Assembly (NCBI GenBank): GCA_010909165.1
Contig: MU008205.1
Coordinates: 186,001 to 250,000 of the forward strand
Direction of reading: 5' to 3'
Source of the DNA: Anthoceros angustus
Taxonomy: Eukaryota > Plantae > Anthocerotophyta
DNA length: 64,000 nt
A program made the translations under genes and the position numbers. A model generated the notes under the pieces. The model was not told the DNA's origin, made no database searches, and saw nothing but the letters and a program-made list of their open reading frames with translations. This document shows, piece after piece, positions 63,401-64,000 of this stretch; within the stretch, counting starts at the first letter, position 1, and the number at the start of each line of letters is the position of its first letter.

Positions 63401-63940
63401 GTGTATGGCGTGACCGAGCAGGCGTCATACTTTCGATTCAGTGGAGAGTAACCACGAGAGAGGCGAGCAAGTTCTTCCAGCCAGAAACGGTGGCGGCGCC
63501 TCGCGAGCCTCAACAGCGAAGGACTTTTGCCTCCAAAGACGCGACTTCTCCACCGCGATCCTCCGCCATTTCCTCTTCGCGATTCACATAGTCTTGCGGT
63601 ATGGCCCTCCCCTTCCTGCTCGCAAATTTCCTTCAAGTTGTGCGATTGATTCCTTGAATTGCGGCTTCCTATGGCGATTGTATCTAATCTCTTGAGGATG
63701 GCAAGCGGAAGGCAAGTAGGAAGGAACGTGGAGAACGAGGCGAGAACATCGACCCGATGCCCAAAACCAAGAAATCCCCCCAGAAGAAGAAGGATGCGGC
63801 GGAATTTCGTGTGGATGTCGGAGAAGGCCGGCCTACCTCCGGTGGAGGCGCGAGATACAACCCAGCCATCAAGCACCACAGGTAATTTGTCAATTGGGCA
63901 TGGGAAATCGGGCAGCCTAACATCTGGGAAGGCCAGCACA
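57500..63940 (-). mobile_element. Degenerate DNA transposon, Sola-like DDD transposase; ends not resolved
   Basis: LAIDGMDQKKTEIPHF; frameshifted YL.LDNTCR.NKN; VGFLLVGHTHDQID. Confidence 0.7.
60234..62951. repeat. About 1.35-kb tandem duplication inside the Sola-like element
   Basis: 60234-61596 versus 61588-62951; copies differ mainly by small indels. Confidence 0.85.
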
Positions 63941-64000
63941 ACGAAGGAGAAGGCTGCGCAAGGAGGAGACCGAGGGAAGAGACCCCACAGGCAATCAGTG

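Overview
Eukaryotic nuclear DNA, most likely from a non-seed land plant with flagellated sperm (inferred from plant-type profilin, EG16 and Yip1, a DNAAF4 gene and short GT-AG introns; Selaginella-like is a guess). About half the window is transposon-derived. 1396-20889 is a three-level nest: a Mutator-like element (about 310-bp TIRs, 9-bp TSD) holds a CACTA element (4800-20317, AAC TSD), which holds a Ty3/Gypsy-type retroelement (5708-15835, AGAT TSD). That retroelement has no ordinary LTR pair. Its repeats run A1...B1-GC-A2-B2 (split direct repeats), an arrangement known from tyrosine-recombinase retroelements, yet it has TG..CA ends and a DDE integrase with a C-terminal PHD finger. Host genes: Yip1/YIP4, two orphan paralogues, an F-box-associated-like ORF, an intronless DNAAF4, 2-oxoglutarate dehydrogenase E2, profilin, an 11-exon class A beta-lactamase/PBP-like gene with intact SxxK/SDN/KTG motifs, an MDR oxidoreductase with a Cys-rich repeat, and an EG16-type GH16 gene with a premature stop. 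Other TE remnants: LTR fragments, a LINE ORF1, a CRE-like non-LTR element, a TIR MITE and a Sola-like transposase. The repeat regions carry many indels and microhomology-joined duplications, so parts may be assembly artefacts. All family calls come from motif recognition by eye; no searches were run.
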